Positions 8,697 to 16,901 of a stretch of DNA of 64,000 nt are shown here, in pieces (positions within the stretch are counted from its first letter, which is position 1; every line of letters starts with the position of its first letter). The notes beneath the pieces were generated by a model, which saw nothing but the letters and a program-made list of their open reading frames with translations, did not search any database and had not been told where the DNA came from. Position numbers and translations under genes: made by a program. This DNA is from an uncultured Gemmatimonadales bacterium (GTDB lineage Bacteria; Gemmatimonadota; Gemmatimonadetes; Gemmatimonadales; GWC2-71-9), in assembly GCA_963779755.1 (NCBI GenBank), contig CAVZZO010000003.1:704939-768938 (forward strand), written 5' to 3'.

Positions 8697-9155
8697 TCAG
8701 TCCCCCGGCTTGGCGCCGGCACTGTCCGGTGGCGCCTGCTTCATCATGGGGCATTCCCCCATGCCCTTCCCCCCGTCACCCATGCCCATCCCGCCGTGCA
8801 TCCCCTGACCCTGCATGCCTCCCATCCCCATCCCGCCATTGCCCCCCATCCCACCCTGCCTGTGCTGCATCATCATGGCGCGCATGGCGGCCCGCTGGCT
8901 CACCAGCTCGTTGATGACCGCCGCCATGGCTTCCACCTTCTGGTTCCCGCGGGCCGCGTTCATGGCCGCCATCTTCCCCGCCAGCACCCGATCCAGCGAG
9001 TCATGCCGCGCCATCATGCCCGCCATACCCCCACCCTGGGCCCCCGTGCCGCTCGCGGCGCAGCAACCGGCCGCCTGCGCCTGCGCCTGTCCAGCCGTTG
9101 CCGAAGCCACCAGCAGCGCCGCGGCCAGCAGCAGCCCCCGCCATTCGATTCGCAT
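8697..9155 (-). CDS. Periplasmic Met/Gly-rich protein (possible metal-binding)
   Basis: Signal peptide MRIEWRGLLLAAALLVASATAGQA. Helical Met-rich core, then GGMGGNGGMGMGGMQGQGMHGGMGMGDGGKGMGECPMM. Confidence 0.6.
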   Translation of the reverse strand: MRIEWRGLLLAAALLVASATAGQAQAQAAGCCAASGTGAQGGGMAGMMARHDSLDRVLAGKMAAMNAARGNQKVEAMAAVINELVSQRAAMRAMMMQHRQGGMGGNGGMGMGGMQGQGMHGGMGMGDGGKGMGECPMMKQAPPDSAGAKPGD

Positions 9156-9174
9156 CGTGTTCCTCACCGTTGGT

Positions 9175-10215
9175 TCAGGTTGCCTGAAAAGCCAGCACGT
9201 CTTCCACCGGACGGCGGGGCGTGCCTCGCGCCTGGACTGGCGGATACCCCAGCCGCAGCACCATCTGCGGAAAGCCACTATGTCCCAGGAGCTGCATCAG
9301 GCGCTGCCGCAGCCCGGGAACTTCCACCGGCTGGTTCAGGAAGGACGCAGCGACGCCTTCTGCCTCGGCCCGCAGCAGCACCAGCGACAGGGCGCGGCCG
9401 GTCTCCAGCCAACTCCGAGGGTCGTCGGCCGCGGTGCCCAGCACCAGCAACAGCGGGGAGTGCAGCGCGAGTTCACGGCTCTGTGCCGCGCGGCCGTCGC
9501 CCAGATCGAACGTGCGCACCACCAGCGGCGCCGCGAACGAGGCCAGGGTACCCAGGCCGACGGCGTAGCCCGGCATGCCGTCCCGGCTGCGGGTGCGGTT
9601 GGGATGCAGCCACGCCGCCAGTTCGCGGCGGAAGGCCGGGTTATCCATCTGCAGGTGATCGCCTTCCGTCACCAGGTCCGCCAGCGCCAGCCGGGCCGAT
9701 TCCCGGTGCACTACATCCAGCCAGGCGCCCCGGCCGGCCGCCAGTCCGGACAGCTCCTGAACCAGCCGCTCCGGCACCGAGCGATGCTCAAAGCTGAACC
9801 GCGCGGTATGGCGCGTCTGCATTGCGGCAAAGAGCCGGTGATCCTCCTCGTCGGGCTGCCGGAGGGAGCCCAGTTCGAAGCTGGCCACCAGATCGGGCCA
9901 TGCACGATCCGGCAGGAGGGACACCTGCCCGGCGTAGCTGAAGTGGCGCGCGGCCACCTCGAGATGATGCAGCGCGCAGCCGCAGCTGATCAGCAACTCG
10001 CGGTCCTCGGGGTCGGTCACCGGCAACGCCCGGGTCCGGTCCGCGTAGAGGTCCAGCCGGTGGTTGAGAATGCGGAACAGCCAGGGTTGGCTGTTATGGC
10101 TGGAGGGCGCCAGCACCGCGGATCGCACCAGGGCCCGCAATTGCTCGGCCGGCGTGCCGGCCAGGGGAAACTCGCCAAGGGCGATGGTCCAGGGCTCAAG
10201 CATTTTCTCGGCCAT
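9175..10215 (-). CDS. Acg-family (tandem nitroreductase-fold) FMN-binding protein
   Basis: ~346 aa with AVLAPSSHNSQPWLFRI... and a second nitroreductase-like half. GGAGG RBS before the ATG at 10215. Confidence 0.75.
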   Translation of the reverse strand: MAEKMLEPWTIALGEFPLAGTPAEQLRALVRSAVLAPSSHNSQPWLFRILNHRLDLYADRTRALPVTDPEDRELLISCGCALHHLEVAARHFSYAGQVSLLPDRAWPDLVASFELGSLRQPDEEDHRLFAAMQTRHTARFSFEHRSVPERLVQELSGLAAGRGAWLDVVHRESARLALADLVTEGDHLQMDNPAFRRELAAWLHPNRTRSRDGMPGYAVGLGTLASFAAPLVVRTFDLGDGRAAQSRELALHSPLLLVLGTAADDPRSWLETGRALSLVLLRAEAEGVAASFLNQPVEVPGLRQRLMQLLGHSGFPQMVLRLGYPPVQARGTPRRPVEDVLAFQAT

Positions 10216-10293
10216 AGAAACCTCCAACCCGCGAACGGCCCGTGCGGGGCTCAGGTTCGCACCACGTTACCCGACGGGGATTGAGCCGAGTGT

Positions 10294-10328
10294 GAGCGGA
10301 CTGTGAAGATCCGCTCAGTTCAGAGCGG
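10294..10328 (-). terminator. Alternative hairpins overlapping the USP stop codon
   Basis: GAGCGGA (10294-10300), TCCGCTC (10310-10316) and GAGCGG (10323-10328). The central arm can pair with either flank. Confidence 0.3.
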
Positions 10329-11180
10329 AACCGTGAGGACGCAGCAGGGAGCGGTATGGACCAGGCGGCGCGCGACGCTGGTGCCGTCCAGCACGCCGGG
10401 AGGACCGCCGCGGTGATAGCCGATCACCAGCACATCCGCGTGGCTCTCCGACAACTCGGAGGCGATCTCGACCACCGGGTCGCCCCGGCGCACGTGCAGG
10501 CTGGTGAGCGGGTGTTCCGCGATCCCTACCGCGGCGCTATCCTGGTCCGGCGCCTGCCCGCGCTGCAGCAACTGGTGCAGCCGCACGGTGCGGCCGCTCG
10601 GGACCTGCCCGCCCGTGGCCGACGACTCGCCCGCCGACCGGGGCTCCACCGTAACCAGCCGGACGTTGCGGCGCAGCATCCGCGCCAGCTCCGCGGCCCG
10701 GCGGTACACCTGGAATCCCCGGTCGGTACCGTCCAGCGCCGCGACCAGATACTCGATGGACTCGCAGTCGAGGGGCACGAAGAGACAGGGAATCCGGCTG
10801 CGCCGCGCGGCGGAGTCGGCGGTATCCCCCAGGAAGAACCGGGCCCGCTGGCTCCGCCGCTTCCGGCCCAGGATCAGCAGGTCGGCGCCGATTTCATCGG
10901 CGCACCGGGGGATTTCCACGTGTGGAAGGCCGCTGCGCACGACATATTCCACGGGGATGCCCGGCGCCTGTGCGGCAATGGCAGCGCCGAGCCACTGTTC
11001 CAGGGCGCGCCGGGCCTCCAGGAGCTCGCCCTCACTGGCGACCGGCCCCTCGAGCCCCGCTACGACCCGGAGCACGACCAACTCGGCGCCAATCCGCGAA
11101 GCCAGCTGGGCTGCGATGCTCGCGGCATGGCGGCCCTCGTCGGATCGGTCGGCGGCGATTAGGATGGTATGTAAGGACAT
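10320..11180 (-). CDS. Universal stress protein, tandem USP domains
   Basis: MSLHTILIAADRSDEGRHAA... with two USP-like halves (…LILGRKRRSQRARFFLGDTADSAARRSRIPCLFVP; …VIGYHRGGPPGVLDGTSVARRLVHTAPCCVLTVP). Confidence 0.85.
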   Translation of the reverse strand: MSLHTILIAADRSDEGRHAASIAAQLASRIGAELVVLRVVAGLEGPVASEGELLEARRALEQWLGAAIAAQAPGIPVEYVVRSGLPHVEIPRCADEIGADLLILGRKRRSQRARFFLGDTADSAARRSRIPCLFVPLDCESIEYLVAALDGTDRGFQVYRRAAELARMLRRNVRLVTVEPRSAGESSATGGQVPSGRTVRLHQLLQRGQAPDQDSAAVGIAEHPLTSLHVRRGDPVVEIASELSESHADVLVIGYHRGGPPGVLDGTSVARRLVHTAPCCVLTVPL

Positions 11181-11200
11181 CCGCCTACATTCCTGGGGAA

Positions 11201-11230
11201 GAACACGGGGAAATCTTAGGTCCCGTGTTC
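11201..11230. promoter_or_regulatory. Perfect 9-bp inverted repeat (candidate operator) in the USP / histidine-kinase divergent spacer
   Basis: GAACACGGG (11201-11209), a 12-nt AT-richer spacer GAAATCTTAGGT, then CCCGTGTTC (11222-11230). Confidence 0.45.
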
Positions 11231-11240
11231 TGAGCAAATC

Positions 11241-12515
11241 GTGAAGGCATCAGGAAGCCCCCTTCTTGCACCTGACTCGACCAGACCGATGACGACCTCC
11301 GAGCCACCCTTCCCTGTCCCTCAGGAACGTCTCGAGCGGCTCCTCGACGTCAGCCGGTCGCTGACGGCGGAGATGTCGCTGGAAGGGGTGCTGCAGCACA
11401 TTGTCGATGCCGCCCTCAGCGTGATCGGGGCGCGTTATGCCGCGCTGGGCGTGCTTACGCCTGACGGAAACAGCCTGGAGAATTTCGTGACCGCGGGCAT
11501 CAGCCCGGAGGTCCGCCTCAAGATCGGCGCCCTTCCACGGGGCAAGGGCATCCTGGGCCTGCTCATCCGGGAACCCCGCGTCCTCCGGCTGAAGGACCTG
11601 GGCGAGCATCCCGCCTCTGCCGGGTTCCCGCCCAATCATCCGCACATGCAGGCCTTTCTCGGCGTTCCCATCCAGGGCCGCCGGGGGACGTTCGGCAATC
11701 TCTACCTGACCGAGAAGGTGGGCGCGCCGGAGTTCTCGGACGAGGATGCCCACCTGGCCCTCCTGTTCGCCCACCAGGCGGCGGCCGCGGTGGACAACGC
11801 CCGGCTCCATGAGGAGAGCGCCCGGCTGCTGGAGGAGGTGCAGCTGCTGCACCGTTCGCGGGAGCGCTTCTTCGCCATGGTAAACCACGAGCTGCGGAAT
11901 GCGCTGGCCGCGACCTATGGCTGGGCCGAGATGCTGGTGCGCCGCAAGGACCCGGAAACGGTGCCGGTGGCGGCGTATGAGGTGCTGGATTCGGCGGGTC
12001 AGGCGGTGTCGCTCATCAACGACCTGCTGGACTTGAGCCGTCTGGATGAAGACCGGCTCAAGCCGGTCCTGCGGGAGGTCGATTGTACCGCGGTGATCAA
12101 CCGGGCGGTGAGCCGCGCCACGCCGGGGGCCCAGGCCAAGAACGTCCGGATCGAAACCATCTTTCCCGCCGGAACCGGCAGCTGCCAGACCGACCAGCAC
12201 CGCATCGAACAGATCCTGGGGAACGTGCTCAATAATGCGGTGCGGCACGCGCCCCCGGATTCCCGGGTCCAGATCGCACTGGAGCACGACAACGGCAAGG
12301 TCCGCATGGTAATCGACGACGAAGGGCCGGGGGTGAAGCTGGACGAGGTCGAACAGATCTTCGACATTTACGTTACCCGGCCGGGCGAGGAGGGCCACGG
12401 GACCGGGCTGGGCCTGCCCCTGTCCCGCCGGCTGGCCCGGCTGCTGGGGGGCGACCTGCGGGCGGTGGCCCGGCCCGGGGAGGGCGGCCGTTTCATTCTG
12501 GAGTTACCGGGGTAG
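11241..12515 (+). CDS. GAF-domain sensor histidine kinase
   Basis: N-terminal GAF-like region (…GILGLLIREPRVLRLKDL…FLGVPI…GNLYLTEK). H-box FFAMVNHELRNAL. HATPase N/G boxes (NNAVRHAP; DEGPGV; GTGLGLPLSRRLA). The start is GTG 11241 or ATG 11289. Confidence 0.88.
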   Translation: MKASGSPLLAPDSTRPMTTSEPPFPVPQERLERLLDVSRSLTAEMSLEGVLQHIVDAALSVIGARYAALGVLTPDGNSLENFVTAGISPEVRLKIGALPRGKGILGLLIREPRVLRLKDLGEHPASAGFPPNHPHMQAFLGVPIQGRRGTFGNLYLTEKVGAPEFSDEDAHLALLFAHQAAAAVDNARLHEESARLLEEVQLLHRSRERFFAMVNHELRNALAATYGWAEMLVRRKDPETVPVAAYEVLDSAGQAVSLINDLLDLSRLDEDRLKPVLREVDCTAVINRAVSRATPGAQAKNVRIETIFPAGTGSCQTDQHRIEQILGNVLNNAVRHAPPDSRVQIALEHDNGKVRMVIDDEGPGVKLDEVEQIFDIYVTRPGEEGHGTGLGLPLSRRLARLLGGDLRAVARPGEGGRFILELPG

Positions 12516-12583
12516 CTCCGGCCTGAAGGAATCTTCATGAAAGGTTCCTCCCCGATTCACCGCGCTTTCCTAGGTTGACGATC

Positions 12584-13315
12584 ATGAAGATTCTCGTCGT
12601 GGAGGACGACCGGAAGGTCGCCGGGTTCATTGAGCAGGGGTTGAAAGAGGAGGGCTACGTGGTCGATGTCGCCCCCGACGGCGATGAGGCGACCATGCTG
12701 GCCCACGTCTACGACTACGATGTCATCCTGCTCGATGTCGTGCTGCCCAAGAAGAACGGGTTTCAGGTGGCGGCGGAGCTGCGGCGGGAAGGCCGCAATA
12801 CCCCCGTCCTGATGCTCACCTCGCGAGACAGCACCGAAGACGTGGTGCGGGGGCTGGATGCGGGGGCCGACGATTACCTGGCCAAGCCGTTCAAGTTCGA
12901 CGAGCTGCTGGCGCGCATCCGCGCCCTGCACCGTCGCGGCGGCGCGGCGCGGGTGGAGGTGCTGCAGTTCGGGCCCATTGCCATGGACCGCCTGCGGCAT
13001 ATCTGCACCGTGAACGGCCAGCAACTCGACCTGACCCCCAAGGAATTCCAGTTGATGGAGTTCTTCCTGCTCCATCCGGAGCAGGTGGTCCGCCGGACGA
13101 CCTTGCTGGAGAAGGTCTGGGACATGCACTTCGATCCCGAAAGCAACGTGGTGGATGTGCATGTCGGAAATCTGCGCCGCAAGCTGGCCCAGCTGGCCGG
13201 CCGGAATCTGATAGTGACGGTGCGTGGTGTCGGCTTCTCGCTGCGCATCGGCGCGCAATCGGGCAACGGCAGGGACGCCGCCGCAGAGGAGAGAGCGGCC
13301 GCCGCACGCAAGTGA
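12584..13315 (+). CDS. OmpR/PhoB-family response regulator (CusR/CopR-like)
   Basis: MKILVVEDDRKVAGFIEQGLKEEGYVVDVAPDGDEA…LLDVVLPKKNGF… receiver domain plus a winged-helix domain (LTPKEFQLMEFFLLHPEQVVRRTTLLEKVW…VDVHVGNLRRKL). Confidence 0.9.
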   Translation: MKILVVEDDRKVAGFIEQGLKEEGYVVDVAPDGDEATMLAHVYDYDVILLDVVLPKKNGFQVAAELRREGRNTPVLMLTSRDSTEDVVRGLDAGADDYLAKPFKFDELLARIRALHRRGGAARVEVLQFGPIAMDRLRHICTVNGQQLDLTPKEFQLMEFFLLHPEQVVRRTTLLEKVWDMHFDPESNVVDVHVGNLRRKLAQLAGRNLIVTVRGVGFSLRIGAQSGNGRDAAAEERAAAARK

Positions 13316-15144
13316 TCCGCCTGCCGCGCGCGGCGCTCTGGCCCGCCGCGGCAATCCTCTTCCTGGCCGTGGGCGCTTCCGCCTACGGCCTGTTTGCTGC
13401 CCCCGCCGCCGCGCAGCGCATCTGGCTTGCCGGGCTCATCCTGACCGGGGCCCCCGTGGTATGGCGCACCGCCCGGGGCGTGCTGGCCGGCCGGTGGGCG
13501 GCCGACCTGGTGGCCGCCCTCGCGATCGTCGCCGCGGCCGCCATCAATCATCCCTTCCCCGGGCTGATCATCGTCCTGATGCAGACCGGCGGCGAGGCCC
13601 TGGAACGCTTTGCCGAGGGCCGCGCCTCCCGCGCCGTGCGGGAGCTGGAATCCATGGCTCCCCGTACCGCCCACCGGATGGACAGCGGCGGGGTTACCGA
13701 TGTGGCGGTCGAGACGGTACAGGCCGGCGACCGGCTGCTGCTCCGGCCCGGCGAGATGATCCCCTGCGACGGCGTGGTGGTGGACGGCCGTTCCCATGTC
13801 GATGTCAGCCGCATCACCGGCGAACCGGTGCCGCTCACGGCCGTGCCGGGCGTCCGGCTGCTGAGCGGCAGCCTCAACCAGGAAGGCGCGCTCACCTTTC
13901 AGGCCACCGCCCGCGCCGGCGAGAGCCAGTACGCCCGGATTGTCGAGCTGGTGCGGACCGCGCAGGCCAGCAAGTCGCCCTTCCAGCGCATGGCGGACCG
14001 TTACGCGGTGTGGTTCACGCCGTTCACCCTGCTGGTCTGTGGCGTCGCCTACGCGCTCTCGGGCGACTGGACCCGGGTGCTGGCGGTGCTGGTGGTGGCC
14101 ACGCCGTGTCCCCTGATTCTGGCGGCGCCGGTGGCCGTGATCGGGGGCATCAACCGCGCGGCCCGGCAGATGATAGTCTTTCGCACCGGCGGCGCGCTGG
14201 AGCAGCTGGGCCGGGTAACCCTGGCGGTCTTTGACAAGACCGGCACCCTGACGGTCGGCCATCCCAGCGTCGCCAGCATCGAGCCGGCCAACGGGTTCGC
14301 CCGGGACGAGGTCCTGCGCTACGCCGCGGCCCTGGAACAGCAGTCTTCGCACGTGCTGGCCACCCCGGTGGTCCGGGCGGCCGTGGGGATGGGCCCTCTG
14401 CCGCCGGTCCGCGAGGTACGCGAGTCTCCCGGCGAAGGCATCAGCGGCGAGGTCGAAGGCCGCCCGGTACGGGTCGGCGGCTGGGCCTTCCTGGAGCATC
14501 ACGACCCGGCGGCCACCCATGCCCTGGCGGGAATGAAGGACGGGGACGGGCTCCGGGCCTACGTCGCGATCGGCGGGCGGGCGGCCGGGGTGATCACCTA
14601 CGCCGACGCCCTGCGACCGGGTCTCCCCGGGTTCTTCGCCGAGCTCCACCGGCTGGGAGTGCGCCGGACCATCCTCCTCTCGGGCGACCGGCAGGAGAAC
14701 GCCGACGCCGTGGCGCGCAGCCTCGGGCTGGATGAGGCGCGGGGCAACCTGCTGCCGGCGGAAAAGGCACAGCTGGTGGGCGACCTGCAGGCAGCCGGTG
14801 ACCGGGTGGTGATGCTGGGAGACGGCACCAACGACGCTCCCGCGCTCAGCACGGCCCGGGTAGGGGTGGCGCTGGCCTCCGGCGGCGGCGGCATCACCGC
14901 CGAAGCCGCCGATGTGGTCATCCTGGCGGACGATCCCACCCGCCTCGCGGCGGCGATCGCCATCAGCCGCCGCACCCTGGGGATTGCCAGGCAGAGCCTC
15001 TGGGCCGGCATGGGACTCAGCATGGTGGCGATGCTGTTCGCCGGCGCCGGTCACATTCCGCCCACCGCGGGCGCCCTGCTGCAGGAGGCCATCGACGTGG
15101 CGGTGATCGTCAATGCGTTGCGGGCGGCGGGGTCGGGCCGGTAG
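13312..15144 (+). CDS. P1B-type heavy-metal P-type ATPase with a TPCP transmembrane motif and no N-terminal metal-binding domain
   Basis: TGEPVPL, ATPCPLILAAP, DKTGTLT, GDGTNDAPAL. 610 aa. GTGA overlap with the regulator gene. Confidence 0.88.
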   Translation: MIRLPRAALWPAAAILFLAVGASAYGLFAAPAAAQRIWLAGLILTGAPVVWRTARGVLAGRWAADLVAALAIVAAAAINHPFPGLIIVLMQTGGEALERFAEGRASRAVRELESMAPRTAHRMDSGGVTDVAVETVQAGDRLLLRPGEMIPCDGVVVDGRSHVDVSRITGEPVPLTAVPGVRLLSGSLNQEGALTFQATARAGESQYARIVELVRTAQASKSPFQRMADRYAVWFTPFTLLVCGVAYALSGDWTRVLAVLVVATPCPLILAAPVAVIGGINRAARQMIVFRTGGALEQLGRVTLAVFDKTGTLTVGHPSVASIEPANGFARDEVLRYAAALEQQSSHVLATPVVRAAVGMGPLPPVREVRESPGEGISGEVEGRPVRVGGWAFLEHHDPAATHALAGMKDGDGLRAYVAIGGRAAGVITYADALRPGLPGFFAELHRLGVRRTILLSGDRQENADAVARSLGLDEARGNLLPAEKAQLVGDLQAAGDRVVMLGDGTNDAPALSTARVGVALASGGGGITAEAADVVILADDPTRLAAAIAISRRTLGIARQSLWAGMGLSMVAMLFAGAGHIPPTAGALLQEAIDVAVIVNALRAAGSGR

Positions 15145-15285
15145 CAACGTCTACCCATGCGTCCCTCGGCGGGCGCGGCGATCATCGCGGCTATTGCCTG
15201 CTCCGGCCCGCGGTGGGAGATTTGCCCGCTGATACGCTGCGGAAGCCCCGGTTCACACCTTTACTCCTTCATTCCTGAGTCTTCC

Positions 15286-15777
15286 ATGAATCTCTCCCCC
15301 GCGCATCTCCACATCATGATTAACCACCTGCCCATCATCGGGATGCCCATCGTGGTACTGATCCTGCTGATCGGGCTGCTGCGCCAGTCGGCCGAGGTCA
15401 CGAAGCTGGCGCTGGGGCTCACGGTGCTGCTCGCTCTGGGAACGATTCCCGTCTATCTGACGGGCGACCCGGCACACGAGCAGGTGGAAAATGAAGCCTG
15501 GTATCCCCGGCAGATCGTGGAGGAGCACGAAGAGAAGGCGGAAACGGCCTTCATCGCCGTCCTGGTCACCGGCGGTATCGCGGTGGTGGCGTTGTGGCTC
15601 ATGTGGCGCAGCGCGCGGCTCCGGAACGGCGCCGCGCTGCTGGTCCTGGTGGCGCTCTTGGCCAGCTGCGTGCTGCTGGCCCTGGCCGCGCTGGAGGGCG
15701 GCGAGATCCGGCATACGGAGGTGAGGCCGGGAGCGGAGGCGCCGCAGGGATTGCCGCCGGCGGAACCGGCAAGCTGA
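15286..15777 (+). CDS. Integral membrane protein of unknown function (about 4 TM)
   Basis: MNLSPAHLHIMINHLPIIGMPIVVLILLIGLL... Hydrophobic helices separated by a charged loop (EEHEEKAE). Confidence 0.6.
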   Translation: MNLSPAHLHIMINHLPIIGMPIVVLILLIGLLRQSAEVTKLALGLTVLLALGTIPVYLTGDPAHEQVENEAWYPRQIVEEHEEKAETAFIAVLVTGGIAVVALWLMWRSARLRNGAALLVLVALLASCVLLALAALEGGEIRHTEVRPGAEAPQGLPPAEPAS

Positions 15778-15782
15778 GGGGT

Positions 15783-15840
15783 GAAGCGTCAGGGGTGAGG
15801 CGTGAGGCGTGCCACGCCTGATCCCTCACCCTTTACCCTG
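15783..15840. terminator. Imperfect oligomer-built hairpin between convergent genes
   Basis: AGGGGTGAGGCGTGAGGCGTG (15791-15811) pairs with CACGCCTGATCCCTCACCCT (15813-15832). It lies between the stops at 15777 (+) and 15826 (-). Confidence 0.45.
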
Positions 15841-16899
15841 TTGTGCCCTCCCCACCAGCATCCCGAACAGCTCCTTCCAGCGCGTGGGCGCGTAGTGGCC
15901 TCGGAGCCAGTCCCGTGCGTCGGGCGCGGCGCCCAGCCGGCGCAGGAACGCGCGGTAGCCCGTTTCGCCCAGGTGGCCGAAGACGAAGCGATTGGCGAAG
16001 GACGCGCGCAGCAGGCCGCCACAGCGGGTCTCCCACCACTCCCGGTAACGCGCGGGCTCTCCCTCCAGCAACGCGCGCGCGGCAAAATGCCCCGTGAGCA
16101 TTGCCATCCGGAGCCCGAACCCCCAGAGCGCGTCCTGGAATCCGGCGGCCTCGCCCACCACCAGGCGGCCGTCCTCCCGCCAGCGGGGGGCAGACCGCAC
16201 ATGCCCGGTGCCGCCGAAGCGGCGCGCGCCGTCCAGGCTCACGTCCGTTCGCTCCTGGAAGAAGCGGACGGTACGATCGAGATAGACGGCGTAGCGGGCG
16301 CAGTCCTGGAAGAGGCAGGTGGCCAGCGTGGCCCGGCCGCGGCACACGACCAGATAGGCGTACCCCTTGGGCGCCAGGCGGTCGGAGAGCACGCCCAGGA
16401 CCATATCGGGCAGCGAGGTGGGAAAGAGGTACCCCACTACGATGGCGAATGAGCCCCGCGGCCCGGTGGCGAGAATGCCGGGCTGATCCGGCGGCATGGC
16501 CTCGCCGAAGCGCACCTCGACTCCGGCATCGAGCGCCTGGCGCAGCAGGCCGGCATCGAGCCGCCCCGGCTCCGCCCCGCGGCGGATCATGTAGAACAGC
16601 GGTGACGATGACCGGTAGGCCCATGCCCGTCCGCGCCCGTCATAGATGCAGGCCTCGCGGAACGGGGTCACGTCGAAGGCGGCGGTGATCCCGATCCGTT
16701 CCAGCTCCTCCAGCGCGTCGTCGCGGGTGGAGTAGTTCTCGATGCCCTGGAAGTCGCCGTGGAAGCGGGCGGCCAGCCGGGGCCGCCGCTCGTGGATCAG
16801 CGCGGGGACGCCCGCGCGGGCGGCGGTCAGGGCCGCCGAGATGCCGGCGGGGCCGGCGCCGCCGATATGCAGCAGATCGGGCGCCGGCGCCCGCGCCAT
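15826..16899 (-). CDS. FAD-dependent oxidoreductase (geranylgeranyl-reductase-like family)
   Basis: N-terminal Rossmann motif IGGAGPAGISAALTAARAGVPALIHERRP. 357 aa. Confidence 0.75.
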   Translation of the reverse strand: MARAPAPDLLHIGGAGPAGISAALTAARAGVPALIHERRPRLAARFHGDFQGIENYSTRDDALEELERIGITAAFDVTPFREACIYDGRGRAWAYRSSSPLFYMIRRGAEPGRLDAGLLRQALDAGVEVRFGEAMPPDQPGILATGPRGSFAIVVGYLFPTSLPDMVLGVLSDRLAPKGYAYLVVCRGRATLATCLFQDCARYAVYLDRTVRFFQERTDVSLDGARRFGGTGHVRSAPRWREDGRLVVGEAAGFQDALWGFGLRMAMLTGHFAARALLEGEPARYREWWETRCGGLLRASFANRFVFGHLGETGYRAFLRRLGAAPDARDWLRGHYAPTRWKELFGMLVGRAQQGKG

Positions 16900-16901
16900 G
16901 G

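Noticed and set aside
6421-8754. A 777-aa ORF spanning both the USP gene and the MgtC-like gene.
   Set aside because: Only the last 315 codons, from the ATG at 7368, give USP sequence. The upstream part is an out-of-frame shadow of the MgtC/DUF4010 gene at 7380-8642.
11205-11226. Resemblance of GGGGAAATCTTAGGTCCC to the mycobacterial DosR box (GGGACT-N-AGTCCC type).
   Set aside because: Only the right half approximates the consensus. The adjacent regulator is OmpR-family, not NarL/DosR-family. The feature is kept simply as a palindrome.
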